From Candidatus Woesearchaeota archaeon (lineage in GTDB: Archaea; Nanobdellota; Nanobdellia; Woesearchaeales; ARS49), in contig JACQMY010000039.1 in NCBI GenBank assembly GCA_016203305.1, forward strand, positions 1-50,708: a DNA stretch of 50,708 nucleotides, given 5' to 3'. The notes under the pieces were generated by a model. It saw only the letters and a list, made by a program, of their open reading frames with translations. It made no database searches and was not told the origin of the DNA. Position 1 is the stretch's first letter. The number at the start of each line of letters is the position of its first letter. Both the position numbers and the translations under genes were made by a program. Shown piece by piece: positions 9,416-18,409 of this stretch.

Positions 9416-10012
9416 CTACTTTATGGCAAGGATGTAAAAACCGCGCGTAACAGTACGCTTATGAGTTCTGAACAACCTATCTAAAAAGTACGCAACACCC
9501 CCAAAACGAACCAAGTACACTTGACCGGGCAAAAAATACAACATTGTTTCAAAATAGCCACCAGTCTTATGCAATTGAAGCTTTGAAAAATCGCTGAACA
9601 ACACACGCAAACCATCATCAAAAAATCTGAAATTATCAGGATAAAACCCCTTCCTGGCATGATACGGATAAACAGCAGGAACCCAACCAACAAAAACTCC
9701 GCCCTGCTTCAAAATGCGATGCATTTCCTGAACCGCCTTCTTCGGATCAGAAACATGCTCCAAAACACTCAGACACAACACGCCATCAGCACAACCATTC
9801 TCCAAAGGCAAATTATGAATATCACCAACAATATCCGGACCAAAACGCGCATCAACATCAACAGACTTCACAACAGAATCATCGAACCAAGACCTATACT
9901 TTGCCAACGACTTCTGAAAAGGAGAGCCACCACCAACATCATAAATAACCTTGCACTTGGAAAGGACATGCAAAGCATGCTCGAAAAAACCAACATAATC
10001 TCTCATACGCAT
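9416..10012 (-). CDS. Class I SAM-dependent methyltransferase
   Basis: YDVGGG, VGDIHNLP, SVLEHV, LKQGG. Confidence 0.85.
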   Translation of the reverse strand: MRMRDYVGFFEHALHVLSKCKVIYDVGGGSPFQKSLAKYRSWFDDSVVKSVDVDARFGPDIVGDIHNLPLENGCADGVLCLSVLEHVSDPKKAVQEMHRILKQGGVFVGWVPAVYPYHARKGFYPDNFRFFDDGLRVLFSDFSKLQLHKTGGYFETMLYFLPGQVYLVRFGGVAYFLDRLFRTHKRTVTRGFYILAIK

Positions 10013-10087
10013 CAGAAACCAACCGTGCATTAAAAAGTTTGCCACACGAACGAAAGCTTTTTAAACACCCCCTCTGGTCTCAAACCC

Positions 10088-10468
10088 ATGGTCGTAATAC
10101 ACCGCGGAAGAATGAGCAAAAAGCCAACAGGAGGCGTCTACCACCCAGTTGGAAGAAAACGAAAATACGAACTAGGCAGCCAGCCGACCAGCACAAAAAT
10201 CGGCAAGCACAAAGTAAAAGTAGTCGACCTAAAAAGCAGCGCGATAAAAATGAAAGTTCTCGTAGCAGAATACGCAAACGTTTACGATCCAAAAAGCAAA
10301 AAATATACAAAAACACCAATCAAGACGGTAGCAGAATGCCCGGCAAACCGACACTTTGTGAGACGAAACATCATAGTCAAAGGCGCAATCATACAAACAG
10401 ACGCAGGAAAAGCACGCGTAACATCCCGTCCTGGACAAGACGGAACTGTTAATGCCATATTGGTATAA
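10088..10468 (+). CDS. rps8e: 30S ribosomal protein S8e
   Basis: KPTGG, KRKYELG, RRNIIVKGAII, VTSRPGQDG. Confidence 0.97.
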   Translation: MVVIHRGRMSKKPTGGVYHPVGRKRKYELGSQPTSTKIGKHKVKVVDLKSSAIKMKVLVAEYANVYDPKSKKYTKTPIKTVAECPANRHFVRRNIIVKGAIIQTDAGKARVTSRPGQDGTVNAILV

Positions 10469-10509
10469 TTCTAGAAAGCCATAAAAACCCCTGTTCTTCA
10501 TCGCTCATT

Positions 10510-11535
10510 ATGAACGTTGAAGAAAAGCTCGCACTGCTAAAAAGAAACACGCAAGAAATCATCACAGAAGAAGAACTAAGAAAACTCTTGCAAACCAAGA
10601 AAAAACCAGCAGTGTACCTGGGAACAAGCGTCACAGGAAGCCCGCACATAGGATACTTTGTCTGGGTAACAAAAATGGCTGACTTTATGAAGGCCGGCTT
10701 CAAGGTCAAAGTGTTACTAGCAGACATACACGGAGCGCTAGACAAAACACCCTGGCCACTATTGGAAAAAAGATACGAGTACTACAACATCATAATCCCT
10801 GCAATCTTCGAAAGCATAGGCGCAGACTTAAACAAGCTAGAACTCATCAAAGGAAGCGACTTCCAGCTAAAAAAAGACTATATGTTCGACGTGTTAAAGT
10901 TGAGCACTTTTGTAACAGTACACGACGCGACAAGAGCAGCATCAGAAGTTGTGAAAATGGGCGACTCGCCAAAACTCGCAGGACTATTGTATCCGTTAAT
11001 GCAGTCAATAGACGAAGAATACCTAAAAGTTGACGTCCAATACGGAGGCGTAGACCAGCGCAAAATCCTCGTATTCGCAAGAGAAAACCTGCCAAAACTC
11101 GGCTACAAGCCAAGAGTAGAATTCATGACCCCATTAATCCCCGGACTAACAGCAAGCGGCAAAATGAGCAGCTCAGAAAAAGGAAGCAAAATCGACCTGT
11201 TAGACGACGAAAAAACAGTAAACGACAGGCTAAACGCAGCGTACTGCCCGGAAAAACAAGTCGAAAACAACGGCGTACTAGCATTTTTGAAACACGTAAT
11301 CATGACACACAAAGCAGACAAAGGACAACAATTAACCATAGAAAGACCGGAAAAGTTCGGCGGACCACTCACGTTCAAAACTTATGAAGAAATCGAACGC
11401 GCGTATACAGACGGTAAATTGCACCCAATGGACTTGAAGAAAGCAGCAGCAAAAGAAATCAACGCACTACTCGCACCAATACGCGCCAAATTCACAGGCA
11501 AAGAACAACTTATCAGAGAAGCGTACCCTGAATGA
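10510..11535 (+). CDS. tyrS: Tyrosine--tRNA ligase (archaeal type)
   Basis: HIGY, YPLMQ, GGVDQRK, KMSSS, LHPMDLK. Confidence 0.97.
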   Translation: MNVEEKLALLKRNTQEIITEEELRKLLQTKKKPAVYLGTSVTGSPHIGYFVWVTKMADFMKAGFKVKVLLADIHGALDKTPWPLLEKRYEYYNIIIPAIFESIGADLNKLELIKGSDFQLKKDYMFDVLKLSTFVTVHDATRAASEVVKMGDSPKLAGLLYPLMQSIDEEYLKVDVQYGGVDQRKILVFARENLPKLGYKPRVEFMTPLIPGLTASGKMSSSEKGSKIDLLDDEKTVNDRLNAAYCPEKQVENNGVLAFLKHVIMTHKADKGQQLTIERPEKFGGPLTFKTYEEIERAYTDGKLHPMDLKKAAAKEINALLAPIRAKFTGKEQLIREAYPE

Positions 11536-12542
11536 TCAAACAACTCCAGGAAAAACTTTCCAATAACAATCTCGACCTTGCACTCTTCTTTGACAACGAT
11601 CCCGCCATAACCTATTTTACAGGAATCAAACCCTTTCACGCATGTCTTGCCGTACCTTCTGATGGAAAACCCCTTCTCTTCGTTCAAGGATTTGAAGCAG
11701 AACGCTTCGCACGCGCTTCAACTGTTGAAGTCGTGAAACAGGGCAAAAACCTGTTTGAAGAACTACAAAACAATTTTCCAGCAAAAAACATCGGCATAAA
11801 CAACAAACAACTCTCATTCGCACACGCGCAAAAAATCCAGGAAACAGCAAGCACGACAGACATAACAAGCCTTTGCACTGAACTTAGACTTGTGAAAACA
11901 GAAGAAGAAATAAGCAGAATCAAAAAAGCCTGTGCGATAACAGACAACATCCTTCACGAACTTTTTGAAAAGCTGTCAACACTCTCAACAGAGCTCGACG
12001 TGGCAAACTTCCTAAAACAACAGATGAACGAAGAGGAACTAGAGCCAAGCTTCCCGCCAATCGTCGCAACAGCAAGCAATGCGGCAACACCACACCATGT
12101 TCCGACAAAAACGAAACTCAAAGGATTCACTGTCATAGACTTTGGAGTTGTTTACAAGAACTATTGCTCGGACATCACAAGGACTATTTATTTTGGAACG
12201 CCAAACAACACAGACAAAGAGCTCTATCGAAAAGTGCTGCAAGTACAGCAAGAGAGCATCAAGAACTGTGTTCAGGGCAACACGCTTGAAAACATCAACG
12301 AGGAAGCACACAAAACACTCGGCAACCAGTTCATCCACCGAATCGGGCATTCAGTAGGAATAGAAGTGCACGATGCGCAGCCAACACCATACACCTTCTT
12401 GCCAGGATGCATTGTAACAATCGAACCAGGACTTTACGAAATAGGAAAATACGGCATCAGAATAGAGGATGACGTCCTGATAACAAAAAAGGAATCGATT
12501 GTTTTGACAAAAACGCCGAAAACGCTGCTTAATTTTACTTGA
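11532..12542 (+). CDS. Xaa-Pro aminopeptidase (M24B)
   Basis: PHH, DFG..Y.SDITRT, HRIGHSVGIEVHD, TIEPGLY, GIRIEDD. Confidence 0.93.
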   Translation: MIKQLQEKLSNNNLDLALFFDNDPAITYFTGIKPFHACLAVPSDGKPLLFVQGFEAERFARASTVEVVKQGKNLFEELQNNFPAKNIGINNKQLSFAHAQKIQETASTTDITSLCTELRLVKTEEEISRIKKACAITDNILHELFEKLSTLSTELDVANFLKQQMNEEELEPSFPPIVATASNAATPHHVPTKTKLKGFTVIDFGVVYKNYCSDITRTIYFGTPNNTDKELYRKVLQVQQESIKNCVQGNTLENINEEAHKTLGNQFIHRIGHSVGIEVHDAQPTPYTFLPGCIVTIEPGLYEIGKYGIRIEDDVLITKKESIVLTKTPKTLLNFT

Positions 12543-12730
12543 AATCTCCGACGATACCCGACGACCGTTACACTCCCCAGTTAGCAAAACTTTTTCTATC
12601 TCGATAAAGCACAAATAGTTTAACTGTCAAGTGGAACAACATTAGTGAAAAATTATTGGATAGAATATATGTTCAGGCGCGACAATGTTTAAATAGGATT
12701 TCCATTTATAGTATACTCCTCAGACGAGAA

Positions 12731-12746
12731 CCACAAGATGTTGTGG
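12731..12746 (+). promoter_or_regulatory. NrdR box
   Basis: CCACAAGATGTTGTGG, a 16-bp near-palindrome matching the NrdR box consensus, ~20 nt downstream of TTTATA (12705-12710). Confidence 0.75.
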
Positions 12747-12796
12747 TTTTCTGCCACTGGAGAGTGGGCTGGGACAAAAAAGATTGGTGATACGTA

Positions 12797-13261
12797 ATGA
12801 AGTGCCCGTTTTGCAAAGAATCAGAAACAAAAGTCCTAGACAGCAGGTTAACACCTGAAATGCACAGCATACGAAGAAGACGCGAGTGCATAGACTGCGA
12901 AAAACGCTTCACAACCTACGAACGCATGGAACTGGAAGAACTCACTGTTGTAAAACGCGATGGGAGACGAGAACCATTCTCACGGGAAAAGATTCTTAAA
13001 GGAATAATGCGCGCATGTGAAAAACGGCCGGTAAAACGCGAAGAATTAGAGGGGATAGTGGGCTTCGTGGAAAACGCCATAAGGCAAACCGGAAAGAACG
13101 AGCTAAAAACCAGCAGGATAGGAGAATTCATAATGCAAGAACTTGCCAAAATAGACGACGTAGCATACGTCAGATTTGCCAGCGTATACCGCAAGTTCAA
13201 ACACGCAGACCAGTTCGTTCACGCTATCAAATTACTCAAAAAAATGGAGGTCGTTCAATGA
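12797..13261 (+). CDS. nrdR: Transcriptional repressor NrdR
   Basis: MKCPFC..VLDSR..IRRRREC..C..RFTTYE, ATP cone, VAYVRFASVYR. Confidence 0.97.
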   Translation: MKCPFCKESETKVLDSRLTPEMHSIRRRRECIDCEKRFTTYERMELEELTVVKRDGRREPFSREKILKGIMRACEKRPVKREELEGIVGFVENAIRQTGKNELKTSRIGEFIMQELAKIDDVAYVRFASVYRKFKHADQFVHAIKLLKKMEVVQ

Positions 13262-15825
13262 CGCCAATCAAAGCAGATACAAAAGAAGTGAAACTGGACT
13301 GGGACAAACCAACATTTGGAAACATACCACTAACTGAAAACCAACGCAAAGTCATCAAAGACAAATACCTAAGAGACGACCCAAGCGTCGAATACTGGCT
13401 ATGGAACGTAGCAAAAAACATTGCACTCACAGAACTACTCTACCACCCAGATGTACCCCGCGACCAAATATTTGCAGGCGTACGATACACGCAAGAATGG
13501 GTTGAAGTAGGCAACGGAGAAACCAGCGAGCTAATCACAATTCACACAGGAGCCAAAAACCACGGCGACCAAGACCAAAACCACCACAGGTTCACCCAAA
13601 ACCTCTACAAACTACTCGAAAACAGCGCACGTGCAAGAGAAGTAGCACTAAAAGTAGCAAACCAGTTCTACGACATGCTGGCAAACTTCGACTTCCTGCC
13701 AAACAGCCCAACACTCATGAATGCAGGCAGAGAATTACAACAACTCAGCGCATGCTACGTCCTGCCAATAGAAGACTCCATCGAAGGCTGGGGAGACCTG
13801 GTCAAACACACCATGCTCATCCACAAAAGCGGAGGAGGAACAGGATTCAGCGGTTGCCGCGTACGACCAAAAGGAGACCGAGTAAAAAGCACAAAAGGAG
13901 TGGCATCAGGAGCGCTATCTCCTTTTTCAATCATAAACTACGCAACACAAGAAGTCAAACAAGGCGGAACCAGACGAGGAGCAAACATGGGAATCCTACC
14001 ATACTGGCACCCAGACGTGGTTGACTTCATAAAACACAAAGCAGAAGACGGAAAACTGGAAAACTTCAACATCTCAGTAGCAGTAGACAAAAAGTTCATG
14101 GAAGCAGTCAAGAAAGGAGAAGACTACGACCTTTTGAACCCGCGCACAAAAGAACCGATGGGAAAAGCAAACGCAAAAGAAGTCTTCAACATGATCTGTG
14201 ACTACGCATGGAAAACAGGCGATCCAGGAATGATATGGATAGACAACATCAACAACAGCCTATCCAACCCAACACCAAAAATCGGCCAAATAGAAAGCAC
14301 AAACCCCTGCGGAGAACAACCACTACTACCGTACGAGCCATGCAATCTAGGAAGCATCAACCTGTCAAAGTTCGTCGTAATGGGCAAAATCGACTATGCA
14401 CGACTAGGAGAAATAGTCAAGCTAAGCATAAGGTTCCTAGACAACGTAATCGACGTGAACAACTACCCACTGGCAGAAATCGAACACATCGCAAAAGGAA
14501 ACAGACGAATCGGCCTTGGAGTAATGGGCTGGGCGGAAGCGCTGGCATTACTAAACATACCATACGACAGTCCAGAAGCACTCGCAAAAGCAGAAGAGCT
14601 AATGGCATTTATCAACGAAAAAAGCCTCCAAGCAAGCGAAGAACTAGCATTGGAACGAGGAGTATTCCCCAACTACAAAGACAGCATCTATGACCCGAGC
14701 GGGCAGTACGCAAAAGAATGGGCAAAAGGAAGGCCACGCAACTGCGCACGAACAACAATCGCGCCAACAGGAACCATAGCGATCTGCGCAGGACTACAAG
14801 GTGGAGGAATCGAACCATTCTTCGGCATTGCATACACAAGATATAATGCCAAAGCCCTGGACATGCTCAAAAAAGGACAACAACCCGACGAAAAAGACGT
14901 CTTCCACGAAGTCAACCCAATATTCATGACAGTCGCGGAGAAAAACAACTTCTTTGGAATGCAACCGGTTGAGCTTTGGAAAAAAATAGAAGCAAACCAC
15001 AACTCAGTCAGAGGCGTCAAAGAAGTGCCAGAATCAATACAAAGGGCATTTGCAAGCGCACACGACGTAGCAGTAGACTACCACGTAAAACACCAAGCAG
15101 CATTCCAAAAATACACAGACAACGGCGTCAGCAAAACAATCAACCTGCCAAACAGCGCAAACGTGGAAGACATCAAGAAAACCTACCTGCTAGCATGGGA
15201 ACTGGGATGTAAAGGCATAACAGTCTACAGAGACGGGTGCAAGAGCCACCAAGTGCTCAACATCACCAAAAAAGAAGAAGTCAAAGCAAAACCAAAAATC
15301 GACCCATCAGAAGGAGTCGGCTCAGTGTATTACAAGCTCGACACAGGACACGGACCAATCCACATACACGTCGACCACCACAACGGAGAAATCATGAGAG
15401 TGTTCACCAACATAACACCTGTTGGAACAGAAATCTCAGGACTAACGTGCATCATGGGAATACTCATCTCCAAATACTTGGAAATGGGCGGAGACGTCAA
15501 CGACATAAGAAAACACTTGAACAGCATCAAAAGCGACAAGCCATACGGCTTCGGACCAAAAAGAGTGGAAAGCATCCCACACGCTGTCTCAATGGCGCTA
15601 AGCAAATTCCTGGCACAAACAGGCAACCTGCCAGGCCAACAATTGCTAAGCCCGCACGTCAGCACACCAGCACCAGAAGTCACAGCACAACTAAGCGTGA
15701 CAGTCAAACCAGAAGCACAAGACGACAAAAAGCACTGTCCAAAGTGTTACTCGCCAAATGTAGCCATGCTTTCTGGATGTTCTGGACCGACATGCTATGA
15801 ATGCGGGCATAGTGAGTGCAGTTAG
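13258..15825 (+). CDS. nrdJ: Adenosylcobalamin-dependent (class II) ribonucleotide reductase
   Basis: PNSPTLMNAG, QLSACYV, TNPCGEQPL, CNLGS, TIAPTGT, KGITVYRDG; C-terminal Zn ribbon; no intein seen. Confidence 0.95.
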   Translation: MTPIKADTKEVKLDWDKPTFGNIPLTENQRKVIKDKYLRDDPSVEYWLWNVAKNIALTELLYHPDVPRDQIFAGVRYTQEWVEVGNGETSELITIHTGAKNHGDQDQNHHRFTQNLYKLLENSARAREVALKVANQFYDMLANFDFLPNSPTLMNAGRELQQLSACYVLPIEDSIEGWGDLVKHTMLIHKSGGGTGFSGCRVRPKGDRVKSTKGVASGALSPFSIINYATQEVKQGGTRRGANMGILPYWHPDVVDFIKHKAEDGKLENFNISVAVDKKFMEAVKKGEDYDLLNPRTKEPMGKANAKEVFNMICDYAWKTGDPGMIWIDNINNSLSNPTPKIGQIESTNPCGEQPLLPYEPCNLGSINLSKFVVMGKIDYARLGEIVKLSIRFLDNVIDVNNYPLAEIEHIAKGNRRIGLGVMGWAEALALLNIPYDSPEALAKAEELMAFINEKSLQASEELALERGVFPNYKDSIYDPSGQYAKEWAKGRPRNCARTTIAPTGTIAICAGLQGGGIEPFFGIAYTRYNAKALDMLKKGQQPDEKDVFHEVNPIFMTVAEKNNFFGMQPVELWKKIEANHNSVRGVKEVPESIQRAFASAHDVAVDYHVKHQAAFQKYTDNGVSKTINLPNSANVEDIKKTYLLAWELGCKGITVYRDGCKSHQVLNITKKEEVKAKPKIDPSEGVGSVYYKLDTGHGPIHIHVDHHNGEIMRVFTNITPVGTEISGLTCIMGILISKYLEMGGDVNDIRKHLNSIKSDKPYGFGPKRVESIPHAVSMALSKFLAQTGNLPGQQLLSPHVSTPAPEVTAQLSVTVKPEAQDDKKHCPKCYSPNVAMLSGCSGPTCYECGHSECS

Positions 15826-15880
15826 GCAGTGGGTATTGGGCGTTAGGTTGTAGGCAGCAGGGCAAAGAACTGCAAGAGAT
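15822..15880 (+). repeat. Degenerate 7-mer tract
   Basis: ttag gcagtgg gtattgg gcgttag gttgtag gcagcag ggcaaag. Confidence 0.75.
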
Positions 15881-15915
15881 AGATTTTTATTTTCACTTCT
15901 GATTTTCTTCTCTCA

Positions 15916-16302
15916 ATGAAAACAAAAACGATCCAAAAAGCAGTGCTCAAAAAAGGCGAAAAATACCTTATCCTGCTGCGCTCAAAACAAGCACGATTCT
16001 ATCCTGAACACTGGGACTTCCCCGGAGGTAATCTCGAAGAAAAAGAACACCCCCTTCACGGCGTTGAACGGGAGGTATTCGAAGAAACAGGCCTCAAAGT
16101 CAAGGCTCTGAAACCAGTTACCGCCTTCGATGAATACGAAAACAACACCCGCTACCATTTCATCACGTACTCAACCACCATACTCTCTGGCGAGTTCCAA
16201 TTAAGTTCCGAACACACCGCGTTCAGATGGGCAACAAAAGATGAAATCCTTTCCCTTCAAATCGAGCCCTTCATTGCAGCATATTTTAAGAAAAACCCTT
16301 AG
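15916..16302 (+). CDS. Nudix hydrolase
   Basis: WDFPGG...REVFEETGL Nudix box. Confidence 0.9.
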   Translation: MKTKTIQKAVLKKGEKYLILLRSKQARFYPEHWDFPGGNLEEKEHPLHGVEREVFEETGLKVKALKPVTAFDEYENNTRYHFITYSTTILSGEFQLSSEHTAFRWATKDEILSLQIEPFIAAYFKKNP

Positions 16303-16651
16303 CCCTTCCACCATTCAATCCTTAGCTCTGGAAAAATTTCTTGCACGTATTTGAAATCCTTATCTTTAGTCACAACAACAGCAGAACGGTTCAAACACAT
16401 CGCCGCGATCAAAACATCAATTGTCCAATCATCGTTCCTCTCTTAAGAAGGTGAGCAGCAATCTCAACTGCTCTTGCAAAATCACCCGTGACAGGAAAGA
16501 GTACATCAAAATCACGATCCTTACAGGGTGGATACTCAATCGCGGTAAACACAGTTATTACTCCGCTCTTCGCATGAACCGCTACGGATGTATCAAGTAT
16601 CTTGCCCGCTTCTTGTCCTTCTCCCGTATCTTCTTCGTAAACTCTATCCAT
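16299..16651 (-). pseudogene. vapC: VapC/PIN toxin, frameshifted near 16425
   Basis: ILDTS..TAIEYP; continues in another frame as IDVLIAAMCLN..VVTKDKDF..* to 16299. Confidence 0.75.
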
Positions 16652-16851
16652 TCCTTCTCGCTCACCTTATCGATCGCCTCGCGCGTCTCTGGCGAAACCA
16701 ACCTGAAAAACTCCTTAACATGCATGCTCTTTTTCAAAAGCTTGGTGCGCTCAATAATGCGCTCTCGTGCAACCTCGCTCCACTTAATTTCAGGATGCTT
16801 TTTCATCTCCCTGTACACTTCATCCGGAATGCTCAAAGTTATATGTGCCAT
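16582..16851 (-). CDS. RHH-type antitoxin (VapB-like)
   Basis: MAHITLSIPDEVYREMKKHPEIKWSEVAR; overlaps the PIN gene. Confidence 0.85.
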   Translation of the reverse strand: MAHITLSIPDEVYREMKKHPEIKWSEVARERIIERTKLLKKSMHVKEFFRLVSPETREAIDKVSEKEWIEFTKKIREKDKKRARYLIHP

Positions 16852-16947
16852 ACATATTGTACATAACTGACATATTTGAATACTTTTCCTATTCGCGCGC
16901 GTACTCTTCAAACTTGTACGTTCTCAGGATACCTAGCTCGTGGTCAA

Positions 16948-17160
16948 TTAGAAATTCACATCCTCTCTTGTGAGACCTGCCTGCGTCATAATCGCCCGCA
17001 GAGTTCCTCTGTCTAGCTCGGCATGTTGTGGGACGCTCGTCTGGGCAAATGGACTGTCACGGCGCATGATCACGTGACTTCCCACACGGTGCTTGACATA
17101 GAAACCTTTCTTTGAAAGAATTTTTACCAGATCTGCGCCAGAGATTCTTGGAAGCTTCAT
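16948..17160 (-). CDS. hicA: HicA toxin
   Basis: KLPRISG..GSHVIM..SVPQHAELDRGTLRAI. Confidence 0.93.
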   Translation of the reverse strand: MKLPRISGADLVKILSKKGFYVKHRVGSHVIMRRDSPFAQTSVPQHAELDRGTLRAIMTQAGLTREDVNF

Positions 17161-17363
17161 GCCTCGGCAAGCATCAAACTTTCGGTTTCAGGAGGAACGG
17201 GAAGGTTATCTTTCTCAAGAGCTTCGATGTACGCTTGAATAGCCTCTCTGATGTTTTCACGAGCTTGCTCCACTGTCTTTCCTTGACTTACGCAACCCGG
17301 AAGAGTTGGACATTCCGCAATCCAATAACCATCTTCACCTTTGAATATGATAACACGTCTCAT
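17157..17363 (-). CDS. hicB: HicB antitoxin (short form)
   Basis: EDGYWIAECPTLPGCVSQGKTVEQARENIREAI. Confidence 0.93.
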   Translation of the reverse strand: MRRVIIFKGEDGYWIAECPTLPGCVSQGKTVEQARENIREAIQAYIEALEKDNLPVPPETESLMLAEA

Positions 17364-17425
17364 CGAGAACACTGAGCTTGCCCGCTATATTAAACTTTCT
17401 TGAGCTCGAGTTATGTCTTTAACTC

Positions 17426-17920
17426 CTACTCCAATGCGTATTCTTCAAACTTGTGCATTCTTAAGACGAGAAATCCACGCCAGTCTGCAATAATGGTCTT
17501 GAATTTTTGACGAATGTCTTGCGAGATTTGCTCTAGTTCTGAGGTATTTTTCGCAATAATCACGCACGTTAAATCATAATCACCCATTAACGAGAGAAGA
17601 TCTATCACTCTTGGATGGCTTTTCAAATGAGCAATGAATGCAACAGTATCTTCCTGACTGTTATTGTGCAGCTTGATTTTAACGTCTGCGACTAAAGGAT
17701 AGCCAACCGCCTTTGGGTTTATAAAGGCACCAACGTGCATGACGTTCTTTTCCTGCATACGTTCAATTCTTGCCTTAACTGTATCAATTGCCACATTGAG
17801 CTTTTTGGCAAGATTCGTCAGGCTAACTCTTCCGTCCCTTTGTAGTGCTCTTAGGATAACCTTGTCCTTCTCGTCTAACGGCTCTAGATTTTCCATCAAA
17901 CCAGGCTTTTCCACTACCAT
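17426..17920 (-). CDS. Lrp/AsnC family regulator
   Basis: LDEKDKVILRALQRDGR HTH; GDYDL RAM domain. Confidence 0.92.
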   Translation of the reverse strand: MVVEKPGLMENLEPLDEKDKVILRALQRDGRVSLTNLAKKLNVAIDTVKARIERMQEKNVMHVGAFINPKAVGYPLVADVKIKLHNNSQEDTVAFIAHLKSHPRVIDLLSLMGDYDLTCVIIAKNTSELEQISQDIRQKFKTIIADWRGFLVLRMHKFEEYALE

Positions 17921-17954
17921 AAATCGTAATAAATCGAGTTTCTATTTAAAATTA

Positions 17955-17969
17955 TCTATAAAATATAGA
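17955..17969. promoter_or_regulatory. Putative Lrp operator
   Basis: TCTATA-AAA-TATAGA, a 15-bp palindrome in the divergent promoter region. Confidence 0.45.
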
Positions 17970-18409
17970 AAAATAATGGAAAATTATAATAATATCTAAT
18001 GTACTACTTACTTGTAGTGAAAAACTACGGAGACAAAAGGTGAATGAAAATGACCAACGAAAAAACAACCAAATTCAAACCAGCAACAAGCACCTCTGAA
18101 GGCATCAAAATCTGCCAAGGAGACGCGTATTTGTGAGGAACGGAAGATGACTGCGACGCGCACCAGAAAGAAAGCGAGAAAGGCGCTATCCCCTCAATTC
18201 GCTAAGAAGGCATTCAAGCCACATCCATCCCCAACAGTACAACGGAACGCTTCAAAAACCTTGATTGGGAAGAGACTCCACCAAACCAACCAGGCCCGGA
18301 AGAGCACCAGCACATTGTAGAACGAGCTAAGAGAATCGATCTTCGCGACACAAGCGCACTCGACACAACTGATTCACAGCTGCAAACATGTCCCCCAGTT
18401 CACCAAGCC

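Noticed and set aside
13258-15825. Intein or intron in nrdJ
   Set aside because: Catalytic motifs are contiguous and no splice motifs were seen.
18134-18136. Selenocysteine or TGA recoding
   Set aside because: An in-frame TAA follows, and many genes here end at TGA normally.
18288-18308. CCAGGCCCGGAAGAGCA resembling SRP RNA helix 8
   Set aside because: No flanking SRP helices seen, and it lies in a frame encoding the RFKNL-type protein repeat.
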